NCBI RefSeq assembly: GCF_006345805.1
Contig: NC_043002.1
Coordinates: 10,292,001 to 10,356,000 of the forward strand
Reading direction: 5' to 3'
DNA length: 64,000 nt
Origin: Octopus sinensis
Taxonomy: Eukaryota
In this document: in pieces, positions 39,400-52,942 of the stretch
Numbering within the stretch: position 1 is the stretch's first letter
Layout: each line of letters opens with the position of its first letter
Made by a program: the position numbers and the translations under genes
Notes under the pieces: model-generated
Seen by the model: only the letters and a program-made list of their open reading frames with translations
What the model was told of the DNA's origin: nothing
The model's database searches: none

Positions 39400-39574
39400 C
39401 ATATATACGACGAGCTTCTTTCAGATTCCGTCTACCAAATCCACTCACAAGGCTTTGGTTGGCCCGAGGCTATAGTAGAAGACACTTGCCCAAGGTGCCA
39501 CGCAGTGGGACTGAACCCGGAACCATGTGATTGGTAAACAAGCTACTTACCACACAGCCACACAGCCACTCCTG
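39101..39574 (-). mobile_element. SINE family B, full length
   Basis: Reverse complement of the 45840/58222 type. Confidence 0.92.
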
Positions 39575-40220
39575 AATAAGTCTATATCGAAATGCAAATA
39601 AACGTTCAAGCTTGCCGTATAACAAAAAGCTAGATAAACAGTATTAACATGACATATTCACCAGTCAAAAATCATATCTTTAAGTTGTCATTTAAGTATA
39701 CGTCGATTCCTCCATGGTATTGTTTTGCATTTATAATAAAATAAATACATACAAATTATAAAATACTTTTAAAGACGTACAGTTCAGTAGTCTTTCTGCT
39801 TCGCAGATTTTCAATTATCGCGGAGTGGGGGGTTCGAACGTAACACCCGCGAAAATTATGCAAACCAACTCTTTATAAATGTGCGTCATATTCAATAATA
39901 TGCAATTCTAAAATTGTATTATACTAACTTACTGCAGGGTATTAACTTTTGTGTGACAGAAATAGATAATTCATTAAAATTATATATATATCTTCTGATA
40001 TTGTTCATCTTGCGAATAGAGATAGTTCAATCAGTTTTAAATAAAAATTATATTTTTCGACATCTTAGTAATATTATTATGAAAACATTTCTTATTTAAA
40101 TGTTTCTCTCTGTCTCTCTGTCTCTCTCTCTCTCGTTTTCTCTCACTCTCACTCTCTCTCTCTCTTCTCACATACGCTCACATATTAATGTATAAATGTA
40201 TGTATCGAGATATATAGATT

Positions 40221-40274
<54 letters not shown>

Positions 40275-40286
40275 GATAGATAGCTA

Positions 40287-40847
40287 TTGGGTTGTCCGGA
40301 AAGTTCGTGCTGATTTTTAAAGGAAAGAAAAAGGTCAATAAATACTTGTCATTCATTTTTAATCAACTAAATATGAACCATTTTGTTGCACAATGCGTCT
40401 CCATCTTTCCTTTAACTCGAAAATACCCTCTTCACAGAACTGAGGTGGTTTCATGGCAAAGAATTCACCAAGGTATCTTTTTATGTCATCCAAGGAATTG
40501 AAATTTTTACCCTTTAAAACTATTCTGCAGAGACCTGAATAAGTGGAAATCCGAAGGAGCAATATCTGGTGAATATGGAGGGTGGGATAACACATCCCAC
40601 CCGAACTGCAGCAATTTTTGTCTGGTTCCAAAGCATCAAGTGCTGAAAATGAACTTTATCTTCCAATTTAAAGGGTTACAAAATTAACACAGGTTATAGG
40701 AACATAAACCTTCTTCCATAAAAAGATAGCTTAGACTGTACTCTAAATGGAGGTGTAGTCAAATCCTATTTTATGGACTCGACCATGTTCTAAAATAAGT
40801 CGAAAGTAAGCTACTATAAATCGGCACGAACTTTCCAGACAACCCAA
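40287..40847 (-). mobile_element. 561-bp internally deleted mariner with both TIRs
   Basis: TIR ttgggttgtccggaaagttcgtgctgattt / aaatcggcacgaactttccagacaacccaa, TA TSD; HPPYSPDIAPSDFHL...RWRRIVQQNGSYLVD. Confidence 0.92.
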
Positions 40848-41140
40848 TACACAGTTACGTACAGCATGCATCCATGCATACCATACAGTCAGACAGACAG
40901 CCATGAGTACGCACATGTATTTATTATGTCGCAATCATGTCGCAGAACGTCACATGTGATCACTCGTCAGGCATTCTATGCATGCGAATTTTTATAAGCA
41001 AAATACGAAAGTTACTGTTTTATGTATGTATATGTCTGTGCATGAGTGTGTATTTGTGTGTATGTGTGTGTGTGTGTGTGTGCGTGTGAGTGTGCATGTA
41101 CGCTTGTGTGCACATATGCACGTATGTATACTCTCTCTCT

Positions 41141-41541
41141 CTTTACTCTTTTACTTGTTTCAGTCATTTGACTGCGGCCATGCTGGAGCACCTCCTTTAG
41201 TCGAGCAAATCGACCCCGGGACTTATTCTTTTGTAAGCCCAGTACTTATTCTATCGGTCTCTTTTGCCGAACCGCTAAGTGACGGGGACGTAAACACACC
41301 AGCATTGGTTGTCAAGCAATGCTAAGGGGACAAACACAGACACACAAACATACACACACATATGTATATACATATACATATATACGACAGGCTTCTTTCA
41401 GTTTCCGTCTATCAAATCCATTCACAAGGCATTGGTCGGCCCGGGGCTATAGCAGAAGACACTTGCCCAAGATGCCACGCAGTGGGACTGAACCCAGAAC
41501 CATGTGGTTGGTTAGCAAGCTACTTACCACACAGCCACTCC
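41141..41541 (-). mobile_element. SINE family B
   Basis: Family body and tail. Confidence 0.92.
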
Positions 41542-41782
41542 AGCGTATATATACGTTGTAATAATAAAGTCAAACCAAATAGTGTTACTTTGAAATCGAT
41601 TAACACGTCGGTTCCAGGTCTGCGTAATATATAATAAGAATATTACCCATAACGCAAGAATTTCCTCTTAAAACATTTCAAAATATAGACCAATTGTTGC
41701 AAACAGTTCATTGTCTATGGCCAAAGCAGTAGACACGGAAGTTGGCTGCTAAGTTAGGATAATGAATATATACTGAGAAGGA

Positions 41783-42013
41783 AGGCGACGAGCTGGCAGA
41801 ATCGTTAGCGTGCCGGGCGAAATGCTTAGCCGTATTTCGTCTGTCGTTACGTTCCGAGTTCAAATTCGGCCGAGATCGACTTTGCCTTTCATCCTTTCGG
41901 GGTCGATAAATTAAGTACCGGTTACGCACTGGAGTCGATGTAATCGACTTAATCCCTTTGTCTGTCCTTGATTGTCCCCTCTGTGTTTAGCCCCTTGTGG
42001 GTAGTAAAGAAAT
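41783..42013 (+). mobile_element. SINE family A monomer
   Basis: 17-bp TSD atatatactgagaagga (41766..41782 / 42014..42030). Confidence 0.92.
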
Positions 42014-42054
42014 ATATATACTGAGAAGGAGAAGGAATGAAGATTGATAGATAG

Positions 42055-42091
<37 letters not shown>

Positions 42092-42690
42092 TGTGTGAGA
42101 GAGAATGAAAGAAAATAAATGAGAGGAGGAGAGACGTATAAAGAGATATGTGAGGTTCAAATATCTCTCCTTCTCTCCTTTCATATTATATCAGGTATTG
42201 TATACATACATATGTATATATATACACACATACATATACAATGAGATTTAACAGTTAAAAATTAAGTATCAAAGCAAATTCCTGTAATGTAATAGTTATT
42301 GTATTGAGATTATTAATGATGGTGAAGAAGCGCTATAAGTTCCGATTATACGTTCTGAGTGATGCCTCTGTAAAATCCCGAGTCGATAATGATTCTTCCA
42401 GGCATGTGTTGAAGTATATTCAGTCGACTGCTTCCAAAACTGAGCTGTACAAGTGTTATAATTATTAGGTGAGTTACTTTCGGAAAACTTTAATAACTGT
42501 GCTAAAACAAAAGCGAGATAGACTTAGATAAAGATGCTATTTACTAGTTAAGATGATATCCGTAGGACCTTAATCAATATGAAACAAAATTTGATTTGCG
42601 GTTGAAAAGTTTTCTTCTATAATATACAATTACTTTTCGTTTTTAGATTTGGTTTACAAGATTCTTTATGCGAGTTCGTGCGTTGAAGCA

Positions 42691-42952
42691 TATTCTTTTG
42701 TGTCTGGGGAGAGTCATTTTCTTTTTGTGCCTTATAATGTAACACACTCACCGGTAAAATTTCCACTTGTTTCTTGCTTTTATTTTCTTACAATTTTCGT
42801 TGCGTCTTGCAACCTTGACTATTGAAAAGGTTGCGAGACGCAACGAAGATTTTGGGAAAATAAAAATAAGGAATAAGTGGAAATTTTACCGGTGAGTGTG
42901 TTACATTATAAGGCACAAAAAGAAAATGACTTTCCCCAGACACAACAGAATA
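42691..42952. repeat. 262-bp near-perfect palindrome (10-nt loop), MITE/fold-back-like
   Basis: Outer 78 bp of the arms differ at 2 positions; loop 42817..42826; TA at both outer ends. Confidence 0.9.
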
Positions 42953-43046
42953 CAATTATTTAATATTCTGAATTGTGATACACAGTTTAACGGTTTAAGT
43001 TACAAATTGTTTCATATTTTACTTCTTATAGAGTAGTTTCCATCAC

Positions 43047-43085
<39 letters not shown>

Positions 43086-43221
43086 CGCGCGCGTGTGTGC
43101 ATATCTATGCATGTTTGGCAGTTTCACATTTTATTATTTGCCATATCGTTTTTCTGAGTAATTCGTAGAAAATAAAGCCGATACAAAAATTCTATTATCA
43201 TACTCACTATAACTTATGTGT

Positions 43222-43293
43222 GGTGGTGCAATGGCCCAGTGGTTAGGGTAGCGGACTCGCGGTCATAGGATCGCGGTTTCGATTCCCAGAGCC
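43222..43293 (+). mobile_element. tRNA-like head of SINE family D (head only)
   Basis: gcaatggcccagtggttagggtagcggactcgcggtcataggatcgcggtttcgattcccaga; same head as 49950. Confidence 0.7.
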
Positions 43294-43647
43294 TATTTTT
43301 CTCTGAGAGCTGTCTAAAATTAATTTTTTTAAAGCTTTGCGACTATTTAAACTATAGGTATCTATTTTATATCTCTCCATTTAGTCACAAATATACACAC
43401 AGGCACCAGGTTCCATATATACGCACGCATAATACATACATACACACACACATATTTCTCTCTTCGTCAGATCGGCGAATGATCTTACTGGCAAAGGCAG
43501 TGTATTTGTTATGAAATTTTGCATAGAACAATACACTTAATTTAGCAAACACTTATTGAGAAACATTTATACAACACTCTAAGTATTCCTCCAATCCATT
43601 TCTTAGGCACGGTAAATTCATTCTACATACTGTCATAAATACCAGAT

Positions 43648-43688
<41 letters not shown>

Positions 43689-43698
43689 TATATATATA

Positions 43699-43748
<50 letters not shown>

Positions 43749-43869
43749 AGAAGGCGGCATAATCCACCCTTTATTCCTTCGGAATTAAGAATATGCAGTC
43801 TTCGAAACATATGTCGAGAATAAAGGAATTTTGTTAAATCGTCGTTCGACTCCATTCTTTCATCTATCT

Positions 43870-43942
<73 letters not shown>

Positions 43943-44267
43943 ATATATATATGAATATTAGCGAGAAGTTGAGGTTATAAGTTGGTCATTGAGACCCAAA
44001 GGTGTCAGGTAATGCTGAATAAGTGCTATAGATAGACCATAGTTAAGTTCCAGATTCGGTAATATTGCGAATAAAGGGTTCAACGTTGGTTTTATGTCAG
44101 CGTGTGTTTTTATGAATTTTTTGCGGAATGAGATAAAAAAACCAAGGCTGTATAGATATTAGAGCATTTATAGATAGAAGGTCTTACAGCTGTTTCTAGA
44201 ATATTAATTAATAATATCCCTTCATCGGAGACGGTGTGAGAGGAAAAATTAAGTCATAGTTAGTTTC

Positions 44268-45422
44268 GATGTGATACAAATAGAGTGAGGTGGAGGAAAG
44301 AAATATATATGTAAGATATGTATGGTTATTGAGTTGATAAATCCGTTTTATAGGCATAATGGTATATATGTGTAATATTCCAATATCCTTTGAGTAAAAT
44401 CCAAAAGTCCAACAGAGTTTAATATGAGTCCATCCAGATGTAAAGTTTATAAGCAATGTAAGATTCTCTTAAAGTTGGTCATTCCCTGTAGAGAATTTAT
44501 ATAGAATGTAGCAGATTCGAAGTTTGTGTTTAAACTGACCTAGAAATAGGGATTGTATTAGTTTGGTCAAATTGAAAACACGAAGAGAGGAATGAGAAAG
44601 TACCTCCTCTACCTCTTACCCCCACCCATTTCTCTATCATTTATACTATAATACCTATTTCTTTATTATCCACAAGGGGCTAAACATAGAGGGGACAAAC
44701 AAAGACAGACATAGGTATTAAGTCGATTACATCGACCCCAGTGCGTAACTGGTGCTTAATTTATCGACCCCGAAAGGATGAAAGGCAAAGTCGACCTCGG
44801 CGGAATTTGAGCTCACACGAAACGACAGACGAAATACGGCTACGCATTTCGCCCGGCGTGTTAACGATTCTGCCAGTTTTCCCACTCATACTTTTAAACT
44901 ACCTCCACTGACCACTGACCAACCTATATCTTAATTTTTCTTTTTTCTTTTCCTTTATTCTCTTTATTCATACCTTCAGGAGTTTTATTCTTTATTTTTG
45001 TTTTTACTAATCTTCTTTCTTCTTTCTCTTTATTTATTTCTTTCTTTCTCTCCTACTTTTATCTTTCTCTCTCTCTTTTTTTTCTTTGTCATTCCTCTCT
45101 TCCTGTTTTCAATTTGACCAAACTAATACACTCCCTATTTCTAGGTCAGTTTAAACACAAACCTCGAATCGGCTACACTCTATATAAATTCCCTACTGGG
45201 AATGACCAACTTTAAGAGAATCTTACATTTAAAGTTTATAAACTTTAAATCTGGATGAACTCATATTAAACTCTGTTGGACTTTTGAATTTTACTCAAAG
45301 GATATTGGAATATTCCACATATATTCCATTATGCCTATAAAACAGATTTATGAACTCAATAACAATACATATATTACATCTATTTTCTTTCCTCCACCTC
45401 ACTCTATATTTGCATCAATATC
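44268..45422. repeat. Fold-back inverted duplication, ~330-bp arms
   Basis: 44268..44594 versus 45089..45422. Confidence 0.88.
44652..44880 (-). mobile_element. SINE family A monomer in the fold-back spacer
   Basis: Family body; 3' end extends into ggtatt of the next unit. Confidence 0.88.
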
Positions 45423-45839
45423 ATACAGACCACTCCTCTTAATATGACTTATTTCCATCTGCTTCGTTGATTTATAAAATTGACACATGTTTCTCGATTT
45501 TAACCTATAAATTTTCTTTCTGCGAAGCTGATAATTAATAACCACGTATTTATTTATACTTTCATCCATTCTTTTGGTTAATTAACACTCACACAGTTAT
45601 TGTTTGTACAGCATAAAGTTATCTTTTTTTTTATTATACTTGTGTATTGATATCCGTGCATTCCTTAATTATATGAGATATATTACACAGTGCTAGGCCC
45701 AATCAAATATTTCACTTTCTTCGCTCAGGGTTGCCACGAGAACCAAATATTTGATTAACAATTTTATACATACATACACACATACATATACAATTATAAG
45801 CCCATACATGTATACATACAGAGATCTATAAATATTTAT

Positions 45840-46004
45840 GGAGTGGCTGTGTGGTAAGTAGCTTGCTAACCAACCACATGGTTCCGGGTTCAGTCCCACT
45901 GCGTGACATCTTGGGCAAGTGTCTTCTGCTATAGCCCCGGGCCGACCAATGCCTTGTGAGTGGATTTGGTAGACGGAAACTGAAAGAAGCCTGTCGTATA
46001 TATG

Positions 46005-46058
<54 letters not shown>

Positions 46059-46289
46059 TATATATGTATGTATGTGTGTGTGTGTTTGTGTGTCTGTGTT
46101 TGTCCCCCCCTAGCATTGCTTGACAACCGATGCTGGTGTGTTAACGTCCCCGTCACTTCGGCAAAAGAGGCCGATAGAATAAGTACTGGGCTTACAAAGA
46201 ATAAGTCCCGGGGTCGATTTGCTCGACTAAGGGCGGTGCTCCAGCATGGCCGCAGTCAAATGATTGAAACAAGTAAAACAGTAAAAGAG

Positions 46290-46291
<2 letters not shown>
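45840..46291 (+). mobile_element. SINE family B
   Basis: A-box tggctgtgtgg, B-box ggttcagtccc, internal (TA)n(TG)n, tail ending (agtaaa)n. Confidence 0.92.
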
Positions 46292-46379
<88 letters not shown>

Positions 46380-46464
46380 ACAGCTGGGGAGAGAGAGAGA
46401 GAGCGAGTGAGTGAGAGAGAGAGTGAGAAAGAGAGAAATAGAGGCAGATTTATATTTAGATAAA

Positions 46465-46860
46465 TATGGGGTTGAGTTGAAAAGTGTGAAATTTTGGATG
46501 CATTAATTTCAACTAATAGTACTGACTGCATCTTTTCCGGTAAGCTGACAACTGACTGTTTAAGGAAGAATCCGATGTAACTAATACCGACTTCTCTTGA
46601 AAATGGACAGAATCTTTCATCATTATGTTATCAAGTACCTGCAGGGAAAGTGTTTAACTATCAACATCATTCATGCTAACACGGTTGCTACTTTAGAGGA
46701 TGATGCTCCAGCTTTATCAGCAGTGCAACAGTGGGCATCTGAATTTGGTAAGAGAGCCTTTGGAATCGGGAATGGGGAGCCTTGGAACTGACCCAAGGTC
46801 TGAACGTCCTGCAACCGCCACCACCGAGGAAAACATTGATTGTGTTCACAACATGACAGA
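46465..46860 (+). mobile_element. mariner 5' fragment (TIR remnant + transposase N-terminus)
   Basis: VIKYLQGK...LEDDAPALSAVQQWASEF...DPRSERPATATTEENIDCVHNM. Confidence 0.7.
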
Positions 46861-46865
46861 ACGTC

Positions 46866-47245
46866 CCCAAAGTCCATCCCCTCCTCACCGTGGTGGGGAC
46901 GCTGGCAAAGGGTAGTGTCAGAGCTATGCCGTCGGGAGCTTCGGTTCCTGGTAGGGCCACCCAAGGCGGATTGGTCTGACACCGAGTGGTATTAGGGCCA
47001 CAACCCAGCGGACCGGGCTCTGGTGAAAATCTTCGGAGTATCTGTTTCGGCAACCGGCGGCTCCTCGGTCGTTCTGTCCCTGCGTCTGTGGACAATCTGC
47101 GGCAAACAGTATGTCTCTACATGTGGGATTGTAGGGGACCGCTTGTGAAATCCACATATTCCCACGAAACTTCTTCCATGGTAGAAGAAGCCGACTCAAC
47201 CCGCCCAAGGTGAATGTCGCCACAAGTACAAGTAAGTACAAGGAC
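46866..47245. mobile_element. RTE-like LINE remnant: 5'-UTR-like segment on -, 3' end with (caagta)n tail on +
   Basis: Minus strand ccctaccaggaaccgaagctcccgacggcatagctc resembles RTE 5' UTRs (recalled, not searched); plus strand ends cccgcccaaggtgaatgtcgccacaagtacaagtaagtacaag. Confidence 0.45.
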
Positions 47246-47645
47246 ATCCTTTGTAAACCGGTTAAAACCTGTATCAAGCAATATCGAATATAACCGTTAA
47301 ACAGACTATAATATAGTTTTAGTCAAATGAGAACAGCTCAGTGACGTAGTATCTGTAGCTAGGGATTCAAGAAAGAAAATAAACAGTATACTAAGCGAAA
47401 ACTTAAGCTAACAAAGGAAAGATGAAATGTAGCGTATATGTACTAAGAATGAAATATTTCAATATTTACGTAAGTACCAACGATAATATCACTTGGGATA
47501 TATCGTATCTATTTAATGGTTATAGATGAACCCATCTACAGTATACGTGGGATGACGAATACAAGATTATGAAGACATTAAAGAATATAAGATTCAATAT
47601 TTAAAAAAGCGATGATGTCTTTTGTCATTTATCTGAACGTAGGAA

Positions 47646-48437
47646 AGGCGGCGAGGTGGCAGAAACGTTAGCACGCCGGCCAAAATGCTTAGCGGTATTT
47701 CGTCTGCCGTTACGTTCTGAGTTCAAATTCCGCCGAGATCGACTTTGCCTTTCATCCTTTCGGGGTCGATTAAATAAGTACGAGTTACGCACTGGGGTCG
47801 ATATAATCGACTTAATGTTTGTCTGTCGTTGTTTCTCCTCTCTGTGTTTAGCCCCTTGTGTGTAGTAAAGAAATAGGTATTTCGTCTGCCGTTACTTTCT
47901 GAGCTCAAATTCCGCTGACTTTGCCTTTCATCCTTTCGGGGTCAATAAATTAAGTTCCAGCTACGCACTGGAAACGATATAATCGACTTAATCCCTTTGT
48001 CTGTCCTTGATTGTCCCCTCTATGTTTAGCCCCTTTTGGGCAAGAAAGAAATAAGAAACGTTAGCACGCCACGCGAAATGCTTAGCGGTATTTCGTCTGC
48101 CTCTACGTTCTAAGTTCAAATTCCGCCGAGGTCGACTTTGCCTTTCATCCTTTCGGGGTCGATTAAATAAGTATCAGTTACGCACTGGGGTCGATATAAT
48201 CGACTTAATCCGTTTGTCTGTCCTTGTTCGTCCCCTCCTTATTTAGCCCCTTGTGGGTAGTAAAGAAATAGGTATTTCTTCTGTATTTTACGTTCTGAGT
48301 TCAAATTCCACCGAGGTCGACTTTGCCTTTCATGCTTTCGGGGTCGATAAATTAAGTACCAACTGCGTAGTGGGGTTGATCTAATCGACTGGTCCTCTCC
48401 CTAAAAATGTCGTGTCTTGTACCTAGAGTAGAAAAGA
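47646..48437 (+). mobile_element. SINE family A tetramer
   Basis: Four bodies; 14-bp TSD ttatctgaacgtag at 47629..47642 and 48438..48451. Confidence 0.92.
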
Positions 48438-48719
48438 TTATCTGAACGTAGAAGACTCGAACGATAATTGTATGCAGTATGTATGTATATTGTACCTGTG
48501 TAATGTACGACATGTAGTTTTGTCGAATTCACATGTAATATTATATTCCTTCTATAATTGTATCAGACAGGAATCATTTGAAATTGACAAGCCAACAAAT
48601 AAAACGAATCGTTTTTCTATAAATTATATGTAATAATTATTATAAGTAAACATGTCGGTGAGCCATAAATCTTTAGGGCGCCGGACATAATAGGTTCAAT
48701 TCTTCTAGCTTTGCTTTCT

Positions 48720-48860
48720 GAATTCAAAGTCTGCCAAGGCCGACGTTCTTTTCATCCTTTCGGGGTCAGAAAATAAAGCACCATTTGAGTACCAGGGTCG
48801 ATGTAATTAACTATCCCCCTCCCCTCAAAATTTCAGCTCATGTGCGTATAGTAGAAACCA
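48720..48860 (+). mobile_element. SINE family A, old diverged fragment (tail type 2)
   Basis: ttcatcctttcggggtc...gtaccagggtcgatgtaatt...caaaatttcag...tatagtagaaa. Confidence 0.7.
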
Positions 48861-49638
48861 TTATAATGTTCAAATAATACAAAAAAAAAACAAAAGGATT
48901 TTCCTACTGTGACAAAATTTCAATGATAGAGTATGACAGATTCAGAAAAACGATTCATAAAAAAGCAGCTAAGAATATTCGAGAAGTAATAATTTGTGAA
49001 ATCAGCAGTTAATGTAGAAACATGCAGGATTAATTTCTCTGTGAAACTATGAAACGTATATTGCTACGAGTGTTTTAATATCCAGTTCATGAATAAGATT
49101 ACCCAAGATAGTCAATAATAATTAAAAGGGGGAAAACGCGTAAAGTCAACAACCCTGACTCTAATATTGGAATGGTTTATACAAGGAAGTTATACTGACT
49201 CCGTTATCAGTAATGAACTTCAACAATTAAATATTTATACATTTTCTTGTGTTATATTTGGACAAGTACTAAAGATAAATAAAGCTTACAAATTCTGCCA
49301 AAATCTGTTGGATAACACACATCGATTGTATGAAAGTTAAAATTAAATGAATATTTTCATGCTTATTCTAGGCAGATTCAGATGGAAAATAGGCTAAGTG
49401 CCCGTAGTAGTCTCGTGGGAGAATAGCTTCTCCGACTCAGACGACAGTATGTTGAACACCAACGTCTCATAAGCCTACGGTATTTTTGGGTGCACTGTTG
49501 TCTGAGAGAGAGAGACATCTACCTCCTAAGACATACACTACAGCACCCACCAAATTCTGCATCTGGACCAATCTACACATGCTACGACTAATAACGTAGA
49601 CACTGCAGACGTTGCAGAAACGATTTCTTATAATTAAA

Positions 49639-49950
49639 TATCACCGTGATCACCGTGACCGACCAGGCTATCAGATGTTGCTACACATCGCTGGTCACAA
49701 TGCGCTTCGCATTGTTTTAGCCTTCAAATGACGCCACCCCGCTGGCTAAGCGAGCAGGCCAACAGAAGAAAGAGTGAGAGAAAGTTGCGGCGAAAGAGTA
49801 CAGCAGGGATCGCCACCACCCGCTGCCGGAGCCTTGTGGAGCTTTAGGTGTTCTTGTTCAATAAACACTCACAACACCTGGTCTGGGAATCGAAACTGCG
49901 ATCCTACGACCGCGATTCCGCTGCCCTAACCACTGGGCCATTGCGCCTCC
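49639..49950 (-). mobile_element. SINE family D, full length, (cacggtgat)n tail
   Basis: tRNA head ggaggcgcaatggcccagtggttagg...tttcgattccc; tail ctgatagcctggtcggtcacggtgatcacggtgat. Confidence 0.8.
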
Positions 49951-50659
49951 ACATAATTAAATATATACCTTGCAAACCTTTGGATGATGTAAGACGTCAG
50001 TTACATTTACGTTCATTAGTACAGAGTTGAATGATCTAGAAGATTAAATTTCGTGACTAGTAGAAATATTTATCTAAAATGTAACAGCATAAGTATTTTT
50101 TAAAGATATTCTCACCACAGTATGCGGCGAGTTTATAATAACATATCGAGAGTGAGGCGAGTGGAAGAATCGTAATGGAGTTAATTACTCTTGTTTTATT
50201 ATTTCATAAATTTTCAAATTAATTATCTTATAACTGTGAAGTGTTTCACACATTAAGATAAAGAAATGATATTTGAATTCCTAACAAGTTTGAAATATAG
50301 ACACACTATGTGTGTGTGTGTGTGTGTGTGTAGATGGTCAGACAGACAGATAGATAGATAGGTTGGTAGATAGACAGACTAATAAATAGAGGGATAGATA
50401 GATAGATACATAGATATATACACACAAACACACACATATATATTCTTTTTATTATATTCTATTATTTTACTTATTATATTTTATTATTTTACTTGTTTCA
50501 GTCATTTCACTGCAGCCATGCTGCAGTACCTCCTTAAAGAGTGTTAGCCGAAGAAATCGACCCAATGGTTTATTCTAAAGCCTAGTACTTATTCAAAGAA
50601 AATCCTAACTAGTACATAAACCAATATTTTAGCAAGAGGTTAGAAGTTTACACCAACCT

Positions 50660-51400
50660 GTCGCAGATTGAATCCGAATGAAGTCAAGGTAAACACTATG
50701 GACTTTTGCTGAAAATTGCGTCTCATAGAAGTGACGTTAACCGAAATACAACAACAGATTTAAAATTACTCCTATGCATCTCCACATATAGTCCTAGAAA
50801 CAATGAGGCATTCAACATCATCATCCAAAATCAACCTATTCTCACTGGAGATAAAATAATGAACGAAATTTTGGGGTCACATAAAATTATCAAAAGGAGA
50901 AAGCAACCGAAATCACCTAAAAAAATATTAACCGGCGCAAATATTAACCACAAAAAATATTAAGCGTTGTTAATCCCTTAACAACGGAACCAAAAGTGGA
51001 AAAATGCGGGTGGCCTAACTGTGGCACATGCCCCCACCTTTTGGAGGGTACAGAATTTCACTTCAAACAATGTGAAATATTTAACATACAGTCAAATTTC
51101 ACTTGTGCCTCTGAAAACTTAATCTAAGTTATTACCTACTTAGTTTACTACTATATAGGCCAAACACGAATGACCCTCAGATGAAGAACAACACTTCACA
51201 AAGAACAAATCCGCTTTCCACAATATAGACAGATATAGACAGTGAGCAAATAGATATATGTGCTAGGAAACTTATATCAAACTTCCTGATTTTTCGCTTT
51301 TATGAAAGTTCAGAGAAAATCTCAGTGCATCAAAGATTAAATAAATTGGCAACTTTCAGTAAGAAATATCAACGAAAACTTAACATGAACACACGACTTA
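50660..51400 (+). mobile_element. Degenerate Penelope-like element (linker, Cys motif, GIY-YIG)
   Basis: STYSPRNNEAFNIIIQN; CGWPNCGTCPHL; NFTCASENLI.VIT...YIGQTRMTL. Confidence 0.75.
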
Positions 51401-52942
51401 ATACAGGACACTACTAACCTTACTAATTCTACTAATCCACATGATCTCAAATACCATTCATATTCTATTAATCATATCTACCTCAATTGAATCACTTTCA
51501 GAACTGCTTACCTCTTTTACATGCAATTATAGAGTGAATTAGAAACAAATACAGTAAGCTACCACATGTACGGTCTCCCTAAGATTCACAAGGTTGGTAT
51601 TCCATTAAGACCCATAGTGAATGGTTGAGGTTCGGCATGTCATCCACTGAACCGTTTCCTTGTGGATATAATCAATCGATTAGCAGGTAAATCAACATTA
51701 TGTGATGAACTTCATCCACTTCACAGAATTGATCAAGGATACCCCTATTGGATTCAACCAGATGGTAAGTTTAGATGTGATAAATCTGTTCACCAAAATC
51801 CCAACTAATGAAGCACTCTCAGGGATTCAAGTAAAACTAGTGACAGACACCTATCTAAAAGATCGCGCTAGTATACCAATATGAAATTTGATGGAAATTT
51901 TGACTACCTACTTCAGAGTAGATACTGATATATATCGACAAGATGAGGGTTTAGCTATGGGTTCACCATTATCACCTATAATAGCCAATATATACATGGA
52001 ATATTTTGAGAATTTGGCTTTAGGTTCAACACCACTAAAGCCAACCTTATGGTTTCGATACGTTGATGATACCTTTATAGTCTGGCCCCACAAGGAATAT
52101 GTCCAAGTACTGCTAGACAATATAATCTCAATAAAGCCATACAGTTCACAACGGAAAAGGAAAAAGATAATCAGCTAGCATTCCTGGATGTATTAAAAAC
52201 ACGCAGGAAGCATAGGTTCATGGCATCCGCATACTGCAAGTCAACCTTCAGTGGACGATAACTCAGCTTCATACAGTGTAAAGAGAGGGATGAGCAATGA
52301 GCAAAGAATATAAGTAGCGATCTTGATACACAAAACGAAGAAATGCTCAAGCTAAGTAACAATCTATTAAGCAACAACTACCCCGAAATATACTATCTAT
52401 TCCAATTAGGAAGAGGCGAGATGATGAAAACCATAAATAAACCACAGCCTGTGTGCCCTATGTGAAAAGCCTCTCGGAAAAGATGCGGTTCATATGACAT
52501 CAGGACCGTACTCAAGAGTAATACAACACTTTGCAAATATCTTCTTCGAGTAAAACCACCAATGGAAGAGAATATGACAAAAGACTACGTGTACTCCATC
52601 CCATGCAGTTGTAGTAGGTTATACAAAGGCGAAACATGCCGTCCACTCAACTCCTCGTGTCACACCTTAAGGCTGTGAAACGAGGAGATGTTGAAAAGAC
52701 GGGTATGGCTGATCATGTATGGAAAAACGGAGACCACCTCCCCCTGTGGGATGAATTTAAAATAATAGACAGGGAGCACCACAGGAAAATACGAAAGCTA
52801 AAAGCAGCAGTACATATGCTAGGATACAATAATCTCCTAAGCAGACCGAGTGCAGATATGAGCAGCATATGGGAATCGGCATTAAGGAAGTGGACAAAAA
52901 ATATTTAATTTATAAGCCCTAAAATTTACTCTATAATTCACT

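Noticed and set aside
39818-39852. GC-rich hairpin tcgcgg(a)gtg...cacccgcga with gttcgaac in the loop
   Set aside because: No CTRR Helitron end and no A-box; an isolated hairpin is not interpretable
43222-43293. Possible tRNA gene (also 52943..53010)
   Set aside because: Acceptor stem does not pair; 43222 matches the head of SINE D and 52943 has a SINE-like tail
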